Positions 16,466 to 24,204 of a stretch of 37,965 nucleotides of DNA are shown in pieces. The DNA is taken from positions 1 to 37,965 of the forward strand of contig JBAQEX010000049.1 in the NCBI GenBank assembly GCA_049286965.1, written 5' to 3'. A program made the translations under genes and the position numbers. Below the pieces are notes generated by a model. That model worked only from the letters and a program-made list of their open reading frames with translations, was not told where the DNA came from and searched no databases. Positions within the stretch are counted from its first letter, which is position 1. The number at the start of each line of letters is the position of its first letter. The DNA comes from Microgenomates group bacterium. Its GTDB lineage: Bacteria > Patescibacteriota > Microgenomatia > UBA1400 > UBA12108.

Positions 16466-18310
16466 TTACCCGCCAACATTTGGGGCTGCGTTAGATTCCT
16501 GCGGTGGATTGGCCACGGTTTTCTGGCGGTCGACGGCTTCCTGGGGGTTGGTGGTGATTAGAGCGTGTTCTTCGGGCGAAGCCACGACCTTCATGGCTAC
16601 GTGGTTTTGACCGGCGAAGAAGAGGGCTTCCCCGACTTCGGCAGTCAGGAGTAAGTGACGTTCTCCTTGGGAGAGGAAGAAAGTGCTGGCCAGTTTTTCG
16701 ATGGCACTACTACTTTGTTTCATGAGCACCTGGAGGGAAGAGTTTGAGACGATGGCCTTGCCATGGTCGCTCTTGAGGAAGTCTTCGACGTCCTGGGTGA
16801 TGGTGGTAAGCCCCAGGAAGTATTTGCGGGCGCGCTTGGCGATGCCGTAGAGGAAGGTGGCAGAATCTTCGGACTTCATGAGATACCAAGCCTCATCGAC
16901 GACGAGGAGGCGTTTTTTTAAATCTCTTTTTACTTTGGTCCAGATGTAGTCAAGAATAATGAAGATGGCGGTGGGCCTGAGCTCGTCGGTCAAGTTTTTG
17001 ATGCCAAAAACAGTGAGCTGATTGCCAAAGTTCACGTTTGATTTTTGAGAGAAAATACCCTGGAAAGAGCCCTTGACATATTTTTCAAGTCGATCGGCGA
17101 GGCCGCGGGCGACTGACTCTTCCATCCCATTTAAAACTTTGTACAAATCTTCCATCAGTGGAGGCTCGTTTTTGTGGGACGCTGGGTCACGACTAATCCC
17201 CTTCATCTGGTAGGTCATGATGAGAGCGCGGTCGAGGAGGGCTTCTTCTTGTGGATTCATGTCGCCCAACATAATTTTTAGTAAAGAGTGGAGCGAAATA
17301 ATTTTCATGGCGAGCTCATTTTCGTCTGGCTCATCGGTCTGGGGTAGCTCGAACGGGTTGATACGATTGGGGGAACCAAAGGAAAAGTCGATATAGGTGC
17401 CACCAATGGCGTCGTTGAGTTTGCGGTACTCGTCCTCGGGGTCGATGACGATGACTTCGGTGTCAAAGAGGAGGGAACGGAGAATCTCGAGCTTGACCAT
17501 GTAGGACTTGCCTGACCCCGACTTGGCGAAGACCACCATGTTGGCATTTTCGAGGGTGAATCGGTCGAAGACAACGAGTGAGTCATTGTGTTCATTGATG
17601 CCGTACATAATCCCCTCGTTAGCGGTGAGCTCACTACTAGTGAAGGGGAAAGTGGTGGCGAGGCTGGTTGTATCCATGTTGCGATTCATTTTGAGTTTGT
17701 CCAGGCCGGTGGGGAGAGTAGTCTTAAATCCATCCTCTATCTGGAGTGAGGCGGTTTTGGCAACGATGAGGAGGGCACCAAGGGCGGACTTGATGTGATT
17801 AGTGACACGGTCGAGGACGTCCTTTTTGTCGTCGCGGATCGTGATATAGAGCCCAAACTGGAAGAAGCGCTCGGCGCCTTTGGCTAGCTGTTCCTGGAGA
17901 GAGCGGGCATCTTCGAGCTTGACTTGGGTGTCGATATTGATGATGCGACCCCTTTGGATATCTCCCTGGAGCTCAGCTTCCATCTCGGCAATCTTCCTGC
18001 GCAAATCTTCTATGACCCCCTTGCCGTCGACGGGATAGATAAACATGGAAATGGAAAGGGAATGGGGGAAGTTGATAAGGGGGCTGAGCCAGTTGGCGTT
18101 GACGAAGCGAGGGTAGCCAGCCACAAAGAGGGTGCGGTAGTAGGTATCGTTGATTTTGATGTCGCTCCAGTCCACCTCGATGGCTTCTGGGGCAATAATG
18201 TCTTTGACGTTGGTGGTGCCCCGCGAGAGCATGGTGACGGCGGTGGAGACGGCAGGTCCAGAGCTAAGAGAATCTTCTTTTTTGCCACCAAGGGAGAAGG
18301 GCAGTTTCAT
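16466..18310 (-). CDS. virB4: VirB4/TrbE-family type IV secretion ATPase
   Basis: Walker A VFAKSGSGKSY and Walker B RLLVVDEAWYLM. N-terminal VirB4-type region VKDIIAPEAIEVD..YYRTLFVAGYPRFV. 614 aa. Confidence 0.85.
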   Translation of the reverse strand: MKLPFSLGGKKEDSLSSGPAVSTAVTMLSRGTTNVKDIIAPEAIEVDWSDIKINDTYYRTLFVAGYPRFVNANWLSPLINFPHSLSISMFIYPVDGKGVIEDLRRKIAEMEAELQGDIQRGRIINIDTQVKLEDARSLQEQLAKGAERFFQFGLYITIRDDKKDVLDRVTNHIKSALGALLIVAKTASLQIEDGFKTTLPTGLDKLKMNRNMDTTSLATTFPFTSSELTANEGIMYGINEHNDSLVVFDRFTLENANMVVFAKSGSGKSYMVKLEILRSLLFDTEVIVIDPEDEYRKLNDAIGGTYIDFSFGSPNRINPFELPQTDEPDENELAMKIISLHSLLKIMLGDMNPQEEALLDRALIMTYQMKGISRDPASHKNEPPLMEDLYKVLNGMEESVARGLADRLEKYVKGSFQGIFSQKSNVNFGNQLTVFGIKNLTDELRPTAIFIILDYIWTKVKRDLKKRLLVVDEAWYLMKSEDSATFLYGIAKRARKYFLGLTTITQDVEDFLKSDHGKAIVSNSSLQVLMKQSSSAIEKLASTFFLSQGERHLLLTAEVGEALFFAGQNHVAMKVVASPEEHALITTNPQEAVDRQKTVANPPQESNAAPNVGG

Positions 18311-18337
18311 ATATTAAAAGTATACAGCACTGCCCTT

Positions 18338-18452
18338 AGTACCAATAGGGTCTGACCTTCCGCGCTTAATATATCTCGCGGTTGGGCACTTCCTTTAAGG
18401 TCAGACCCTCTTGCGGCTTACTGTTTGCTGAGATTGGGAGTTGCAGTCTAAA
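18338..18452. repeat. Family-A element, copy A5 (short form plus tail), intercistronic upstream of virB4
   Basis: 13-bp perfect TIR AGGGTCTGACCTT / AAGGTCAGACCCT (18347-18359 / 18397-18409). Tail is CTTGCGGC..TTGGGAGTTGCAGTCTA. The internal stem CCGCG/CGCGG covaries with CCCGC/GCGGG of A3. Confidence 0.85.
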
Positions 18453-18460
18453 TAGTTTGT

Positions 18461-19099
18461 TTATTTAGTTATGTTGGGGGCGACGACGGCCTGCTCGTAA
18501 TCGGAGGCGGTCGTGAACTTTTGACCCTTGACGGTTGAGTTGTAAAAACTATGGAAAAGCTGCATTAGGTTTTGAGAGTTTAGTTGTCTGGCGCTTAGGC
18601 CGATCCGGCCCAATTGTTTAACAATATGATCTCTTTTTGGTTCTAGGTCTGCTTTGGCTTTTTGGATGAGGTCTTCGGTGATTTCGACCCTACCTGACAA
18701 AGTAATAAACTGATACGAGACGATGAGATAGAATTTTTTGTCGAGGACGTTTTGTTCGGTGATCGTGGTATCGATAAACTGGCGATAACTATGCATCCGC
18801 TCTTTGAGAACTTCGTTTTTCAATTTTTTCTCTTGGCTGGCCAATAACTCGAGGTAGGCGCTGATATCTTTTTTCTCGGATTTGATAACGATTTGGATAG
18901 GGAATGAGAGGGAATTGAGGAGGCCTGCGTAGGCATAGATGGTGGCGTCTTGTTCCTCTTCGGAGAGGAGACCAAAATTGATGGCAGAAGCCTGGATGAC
19001 AATACTACAAATGCCGTCTTTTAAGATAACAAGATCGTCCTGGATGGTTTCGACATCTAGGTGATCTTGGGTGGTGGCGACAATGATTGAGTCAGACAT
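18461..19099 (-). CDS. Hypothetical cytoplasmic protein resembling a stand-alone VirB4 N-terminal domain
   Basis: No TM and no Walker motifs. ..VILKDGICSIVIQASAINFGLLSEEEQDATIYAYAGLLNSLSFPIQIVIKSEKKDISAYL.. resembles the N-domain pattern of Gram-positive VirB4/TrsE-like proteins. Start is ATG 19099 (MSDSIIV) or 19126. Confidence 0.5.
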   Translation of the reverse strand: MSDSIIVATTQDHLDVETIQDDLVILKDGICSIVIQASAINFGLLSEEEQDATIYAYAGLLNSLSFPIQIVIKSEKKDISAYLELLASQEKKLKNEVLKERMHSYRQFIDTTITEQNVLDKKFYLIVSYQFITLSGRVEITEDLIQKAKADLEPKRDHIVKQLGRIGLSARQLNSQNLMQLFHSFYNSTVKGQKFTTASDYEQAVVAPNITK

Positions 19100-19117
19100 A
19101 GGACTATCGTAGCATAT

Positions 19118-19187
19118 AGTACCCATAAGGTCAGACCTTCTGACGGCACGTTGATTACTGTCATTGGGAATTGCAGTCCGACCAACC
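19118..19187. repeat. Family-A element, copy A6 (truncated: one terminus plus tail module)
   Basis: TAGTACCCATAAGGTCAGACCTTCTGACGGC..TTGGGAATTGCAGTCCGACCAACC. The tail is near-identical to the A4 tail. Sits between the stop at 19193 and the next gene's start. Confidence 0.75.
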
Positions 19188-19192
19188 TTGGG

Positions 19193-20185
19193 TCAATTCG
19201 ACGCTTGGAGCTCGATGGGGGAGAGGATGGTGTTGTTGACCACAAGACTCTGCGGGGCAAAAGTAAGGCCCATCCGATCTACTTCGATGATATAGCTAGA
19301 CGGGGTGAGGGGAGTGGAAGTATAAAACTGACCGAGTGAGTTGGTTTTCATGGCGCGCTGGGGGATGCCATCGGAGCTGACGATTTGGACGATGGCATTT
19401 TCTACCAACTTGCCACCCTGGTCTACGACAACCCCGGTGATCAAATTGGGGGTTTTGGGGGGAGCAGGGAGCGTGATGTTTTTGGGGATAGGTGCGGTTG
19501 CGCGGACAGTGGCCTTTGGGGCCGAGGGGGCGGCAAAGACCACATTGGTAGATGGGGCGGGGGTTGGCACTACCATTATGGTTGGTGTGGCCGAGTCTGT
19601 TGGATTTGCGACAACTGGGTGTGGTGTGACACCGGAAACTTCGGTGGCGGGCTTTAGCTTGCGTACGACGATGCTCGGCCTGGAGACGTCTTCTGACATA
19701 ACTGCGCCTTGAGTCTGGGTGATTTGGGGCAAACTCGTAAAAATGCTGTCGAGAGATTTGACGATGCTGGCCTCTTGATCGCTCAAGTCAGAGAGAGGGG
19801 CTGGTGAATGATTGATGTTTGGAGCCTTGATGGTTTTAGTGATTGTATTTACTGCACCCTGAGCGCGCGCGGTGAATAAAAACAACCCAGGGATTTTGTT
19901 GGTTTTTTGCCAGGTGAAGCGGGTCGGGCGATAGATGGCTTTAACAAAGGCTGTAATCCACTGGTCGAGGGGGCGGTCTTCGACGGGGAAAAATGCTAAG
20001 CCGGCGCCAAAGAGGATGGATAAGATGACGAGGGGCCATTTGACGATAAAGATCAGGTTGCTGGCGAAAAATAGATAGGCTAGTACGAGACCACCGGCAA
20101 GTTCGAGGAATTGTTTGAGAGTCATGTCTCCTACCAGGCGAAACTGGTACTGAGTGACGTTTTGGGGGATGGGGTGTTGCTGCAT
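19193..20185 (-). CDS. PrgI-family (VirB3-like) membrane protein fused to a Pro/Thr/Ala-rich linker and a carboxypeptidase-regulatory-like beta-sandwich domain
   Basis: N-terminus IPQNVTQYQFRLVGDMTLKQFLELAGGLVLAYLFF plus a second TM, the PrgI pattern. C-terminus ITGVVVDQGGKLVENAIVQIVSSDGIPQRAMKTNSLGQFYTS..YIIEV. Confidence 0.65.
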   Translation of the reverse strand: MQQHPIPQNVTQYQFRLVGDMTLKQFLELAGGLVLAYLFFASNLIFIVKWPLVILSILFGAGLAFFPVEDRPLDQWITAFVKAIYRPTRFTWQKTNKIPGLFLFTARAQGAVNTITKTIKAPNINHSPAPLSDLSDQEASIVKSLDSIFTSLPQITQTQGAVMSEDVSRPSIVVRKLKPATEVSGVTPHPVVANPTDSATPTIMVVPTPAPSTNVVFAAPSAPKATVRATAPIPKNITLPAPPKTPNLITGVVVDQGGKLVENAIVQIVSSDGIPQRAMKTNSLGQFYTSTPLTPSSYIIEVDRMGLTFAPQSLVVNNTILSPIELQASN

Positions 20186-20189
20186 ATAT

Positions 20190-21311
20190 TTATTTTAATA
20201 AGTAACTTGAGATTTGTCCGTCTAACAGTCTTAGTGTTAGGTGAGTATCAGTGGCACCAATTAATTTTTGATAATTTATAATTGGCAAGGTGATGTTTTT
20301 TTTGATAACACCATTTTCGTATATGTTTACAATAACACCATCTTTAGTTCTTCTCACTATAATTGGGAGATTGCTCGACCAAGCCACATCACCGACAGCC
20401 TCTGTATCATATGGCTCTTCGGTTATGGCGTTATATATTATTGCTGTTTGACCGGCAACAAGAATAGAATCTTTATTGTCGTTGACTACACAGTAGTTTG
20501 CTTTCCAGGACATTGTTTGTTGTGAGTCACTAAGATTAATTATCCTACAGACAGAGGCCAATTCTCCATCTGCCTCAGCAACCAATAATAGTTGATTATT
20601 TTGTAGAACGTCTAGGGTTGTGGCGTCTGTCTGCAATATAACAGCATTTATTTTAGTTACCAAATCTATCTTGATCAAATCAGATTTTCTCGTGAGAGGG
20701 CTGCTATTAGTTAAGAGATAGACAAAATGACCATCACCACCGATTGTGGCTGCTTCAATGTTTTTACCAGAAGGCGAGATGATATTTTTTTTGGTGTTAT
20801 CAACAACATTGAGAACAGTAGCCATTGTTTTTGTTTTTTCATCTAAGACAACAATCCACGGATAATTGTTTGACCACCTTCGAACCTTGCCTTGATAAAT
20901 AATTCTTGGACTAGCCCCATCAGAATATTCCATGAGGTTCCCCGTGATTTTATCTATTCCCACCAAGCCAATCTTTGTCTCTTTCATATTTACAGACAAG
21001 AAGCCTTGAGTATCAAAATTTAATTCGGGTTTTTCATCGAGTGTTATGTTAATCTTTTTTTGCTTGGGGATGTTGATGGAGATTTTTTTGTCAACGTACC
21101 CATTTTTTTTAAAGGATAATTCATAATCTCCCCTTTTAAGCATGGGAGTCTTTGTAAAAAACTCATCGCTGTCAATATATACGTGGGAATCTGGGGGATC
21201 TATCGATATTTTTAGACCATATTGCCAGTTGAGGTATATTGACGCTGATGCAAAAAAAAGCAATATTGCAGCTAATCCTATGCCTGATGCTAAATAATAT
21301 TTTTTATTCAT
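20190..21311 (-). CDS. Membrane-anchored PEGA-domain protein with a beta-rich C-terminal region
   Basis: N-terminal TM (LASGIGLAAILLFFASASIYL). PEGA-like LKISIDPPDSHVYIDSDEFFTKTPMLKRGDYELSFKKNGYVDKKISINI. Very AT-rich gene. Confidence 0.6.
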   Translation of the reverse strand: MNKKYYLASGIGLAAILLFFASASIYLNWQYGLKISIDPPDSHVYIDSDEFFTKTPMLKRGDYELSFKKNGYVDKKISINIPKQKKINITLDEKPELNFDTQGFLSVNMKETKIGLVGIDKITGNLMEYSDGASPRIIYQGKVRRWSNNYPWIVVLDEKTKTMATVLNVVDNTKKNIISPSGKNIEAATIGGDGHFVYLLTNSSPLTRKSDLIKIDLVTKINAVILQTDATTLDVLQNNQLLLVAEADGELASVCRIINLSDSQQTMSWKANYCVVNDNKDSILVAGQTAIIYNAITEEPYDTEAVGDVAWSSNLPIIVRRTKDGVIVNIYENGVIKKNITLPIINYQKLIGATDTHLTLRLLDGQISSYLLK

Positions 21312-21321
21312 AATTGGTTGG

Positions 21322-24174
21322 TTATTTAATGGGCCTCGTACACATAGTATTTATATTACATCTATCTTTTAGGCTGCTAAACTTTTCGTAAAAATCTTTC
21401 TGTGGACAAATTGACCCTCCCTCAAAGAAGTTCTCTGCGGTTGAAATGGCAAAATGCGAGTGCTCAGGGGTTATCGCTGCATTTTTCCCTGATTGGTCAG
21501 TAGTTGCCATAACTTCTCCTACACTAACCCTTTGTCCTGCGCTTACGTATATGCCACAGTTGTGGGCGTAATAATAGTATCTACCATCATCACCTTTTAG
21601 AATGATATATTTCCCGCCCAATTCATCGTTCATAACGACCATGGAGACAGTTCCGCTAGTATATGCGACAACGGGGAGATTTTTTTCTGGGTCCTGATAA
21701 GCGGACTGGCCAGTGAATATATCAACTGCCATTACTCCATCCCAATGGTAGCAAGCATAATCTGTGAAACCTGAGACTGGAAATGCGTATTTTTTGTCGT
21801 TCGAAAAAATGATATTTCCTGGAGATGGCTTCGGCTGGCTTTGTGCATTACAAAGATATGAATCTTCTGATTGCTTTGCACTAGTTTCTATTTTTGAGGT
21901 GATAATGGCGTCGTTGCCAAGAGACATGGAAATGGTGATGCCGCCTACCGCAACTACTATTGAGGTGGTGGCGATAGAACTAATTGTCGCTCCTACACTA
22001 TTTACAAATCCAGCCCACCACGTACTAGCAAGTGCCCCAAGTGAATTCAATGCTCCTCCGGCCCATGCCGAGATGGCGCCCGCCTGCGAGTATAAGAAAC
22101 CAATAAGTGCGCCAATCCCCGTGCCGATTGCCAAAACTGCCCACAAAGGGGCCGCGAATCCAATAATGAAAAATGAAATTAAGGCGATTCCAAAACCAAT
22201 AATTGCACCTATAATTGTTGGTCCGGCGATCCCGATAAGCATGGCGATCCCTGCGAGATTTTTCAGTACCCAGCCTGCGACAACGTCGGCATTTTTGATG
22301 GCTTCTGGGGCTCTTTTGGCTTGTTGCATGACCCAGAGCCCCGCTTGTATTGCAAAAGTTGCTCCACCAGAAAGAGATCCGGCAACAAGCCCCGCGCCCA
22401 CCCAAGCCATGAATTTTCCCGCTAGTTTTTCTCCACCAATTTTTGCTCCTTGTTTTATTAACCAGTTTCCAAACTTGATCCGATAGAAGGTTTTGGCAGA
22501 GTTGATAAATCCTTCATATGAATACCCGCCATTTTTGTACCAGGTTAAGCCAGTTTTGAGCCAACTTGGGAGATTTTTATTTGCTGCAATTTTGGAAATC
22601 CAACCACCCCATGATGCTAGGCGATGATCGGAGGAAAGAAAAAAGGCAAGGGTTCGATGATTGTTTAAAAAATTGTTGTATGTTGTAGAGATGCCTTCGC
22701 GAATATTAACAATGGCACCATAAATATTTCTGACTATCGGAATATTTGCTGGGGATAGAGCAGTTTTAATTTTGAGAATAGTTTGATCATAGGCGAGCCT
22801 AGATTTGTAGATACTATCGATTAGACCGTGATTTTCGCCTAGGTACTTTTGGATATTGTCGAGTTGTGACTTGATATCTGAAGCACTATATCCCGAATTC
22901 AGTAATTGTTTGGCAAGTTGTTCGCCGGAATAGCCATTTCTAGTTAATGCAATAATCGTTGGGTCTACGCCAGCACTTTTGGCAATATGTGAGACGAGAC
23001 CTGCAGGCCTGAGGCCCAATATGTCGGGTAGGTCACCGGGTCCCGGTTCAAGACCATGAGTAATGCGCTCGAAAAATGTGCCCGTTGATGGGTTGTTGAT
23101 GGTTGCCTCAATTAGCCTCTCTTGGTCCACCCTCGTAAGCTGATATTTTTTTATCAGCTCTGGGGTAAGCGCTTTTCGAAGAGCCCTAACTTCGGGAGAA
23201 TCTTTTTGGAAGAATCTATCTCTAAGTGAAGGAGATTCAACTTCTTTGATTGCTGATACCCGCAATGACTCGATTAAATCTTTGCCTAGGGCACTTGGGT
23301 TGTTTCCCCCAACTCCATTGTTTTTTTGCCAGGTATTGATGGCGGACTCTAAGCCATCTCTAGATTCTGTGACTGTAGGCAGGAATGTTTGATTAACCTC
23401 AACCAAACTGCGAGAATTTAGGTTATTTTCCTCTCTACTGAGTTTTTCATTATTGAGTAGGGATGTAAGACCGCTCGAGACAATTCCCAAATCTTTTCCT
23501 TCTGTAACTAGGGTGTTTTCCAATGTCCTCCAGGACTGAGAAGAAAGTAGGGCGTTTTCAATAATTGCTTGAGTTTCAAGCTTGGCTTTTATTGGATCTC
23601 TGGTGTCAATATTTTGTAGGGCCGGCGAGAGCTCTTGGATGAGAGTTGATCGCATTTGCCGGATATAAGTCGAAGAGGATGTGCCAGAGTTTTCTAATGG
23701 TTCTAGGGCTTGGGAAATTCGCGACTCTAGAAGGTTTTGAGTTTGCCAATATTTTTGTGACCTTTTAACAGATTCATTGAAAGCATTAATTTCTACTTTC
23801 GGATGAGCTACTTTTTGATCCACCTCCTCCAGGTGAGTTTGATAAGTCCTAAGAATATTTTCTCTAGTTTCTCGATCTGGGATGGATGACTCTTTTTGCT
23901 TGCTAGCAAATAGCAAAATATTGTTGTATAGGGAGCGATAGTTGGTCGGATTGTCTAGGTCCAATATTTTGTCACCTAGGAGGTTGTTGCGCTGGAAATC
24001 GTCAACCAAGGCCTTGACTTCGCGATTAGAGAAAATGACTTTGGAGTCTCCACTGCCGAGCTCGTAGTCGTCTTTTGGGTGGCGAATAAGCTGAGAAAGA
24101 AGCTCTAATACACCAAATGGAGTACTAAAATTGCGAATTAGCTCTGATTTGGTGAGATTTGCCATACCTCCCAT
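21322..24174 (-). CDS. 950-aa protein: helical N-terminal region, Gly-rich multi-TM block, C-terminal M23 (LytM-type) peptidase domain
   Basis: C-terminus YHWDGVMAVDIF..GDDGRYYYYAHNCGIYVSAGQRVSVGEVMATTDQSG..TPEHSHFAIS fits the M23 HxxxD / HxH pattern. TM block at about aa 590-760. Confidence 0.65.
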   Translation of the reverse strand: MGGMANLTKSELIRNFSTPFGVLELLSQLIRHPKDDYELGSGDSKVIFSNREVKALVDDFQRNNLLGDKILDLDNPTNYRSLYNNILLFASKQKESSIPDRETRENILRTYQTHLEEVDQKVAHPKVEINAFNESVKRSQKYWQTQNLLESRISQALEPLENSGTSSSTYIRQMRSTLIQELSPALQNIDTRDPIKAKLETQAIIENALLSSQSWRTLENTLVTEGKDLGIVSSGLTSLLNNEKLSREENNLNSRSLVEVNQTFLPTVTESRDGLESAINTWQKNNGVGGNNPSALGKDLIESLRVSAIKEVESPSLRDRFFQKDSPEVRALRKALTPELIKKYQLTRVDQERLIEATINNPSTGTFFERITHGLEPGPGDLPDILGLRPAGLVSHIAKSAGVDPTIIALTRNGYSGEQLAKQLLNSGYSASDIKSQLDNIQKYLGENHGLIDSIYKSRLAYDQTILKIKTALSPANIPIVRNIYGAIVNIREGISTTYNNFLNNHRTLAFFLSSDHRLASWGGWISKIAANKNLPSWLKTGLTWYKNGGYSYEGFINSAKTFYRIKFGNWLIKQGAKIGGEKLAGKFMAWVGAGLVAGSLSGGATFAIQAGLWVMQQAKRAPEAIKNADVVAGWVLKNLAGIAMLIGIAGPTIIGAIIGFGIALISFFIIGFAAPLWAVLAIGTGIGALIGFLYSQAGAISAWAGGALNSLGALASTWWAGFVNSVGATISSIATTSIVVAVGGITISMSLGNDAIITSKIETSAKQSEDSYLCNAQSQPKPSPGNIIFSNDKKYAFPVSGFTDYACYHWDGVMAVDIFTGQSAYQDPEKNLPVVAYTSGTVSMVVMNDELGGKYIILKGDDGRYYYYAHNCGIYVSAGQRVSVGEVMATTDQSGKNAAITPEHSHFAISTAENFFEGGSICPQKDFYEKFSSLKDRCNINTMCTRPIK

Positions 24175-24204
24175 TCTATCATCTGAGAATGGTATAATTT
24201 GGGC
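24175..24204. promoter_or_regulatory. 30-bp divergent intergenic region with TATAAT (24193-24198) 6 nt upstream of ATG 24205
   Basis: GGTATAATTTGGGCATG. The region is too short for conventional 5' UTRs on both sides. Confidence 0.35.

Noticed and set aside
10350-19187. Possibility that the repeated GGTCTGACC-type elements form a CRISPR array.
   Set aside because: The copies are dispersed over 9 kb (plus a degenerate one at 4.7 kb), are not regularly spaced, are individually palindromic with terminal inverted repeats, and several lie inside an intact ORF. There are no cas genes. They fit MITE/REP/RPE-like elements instead.
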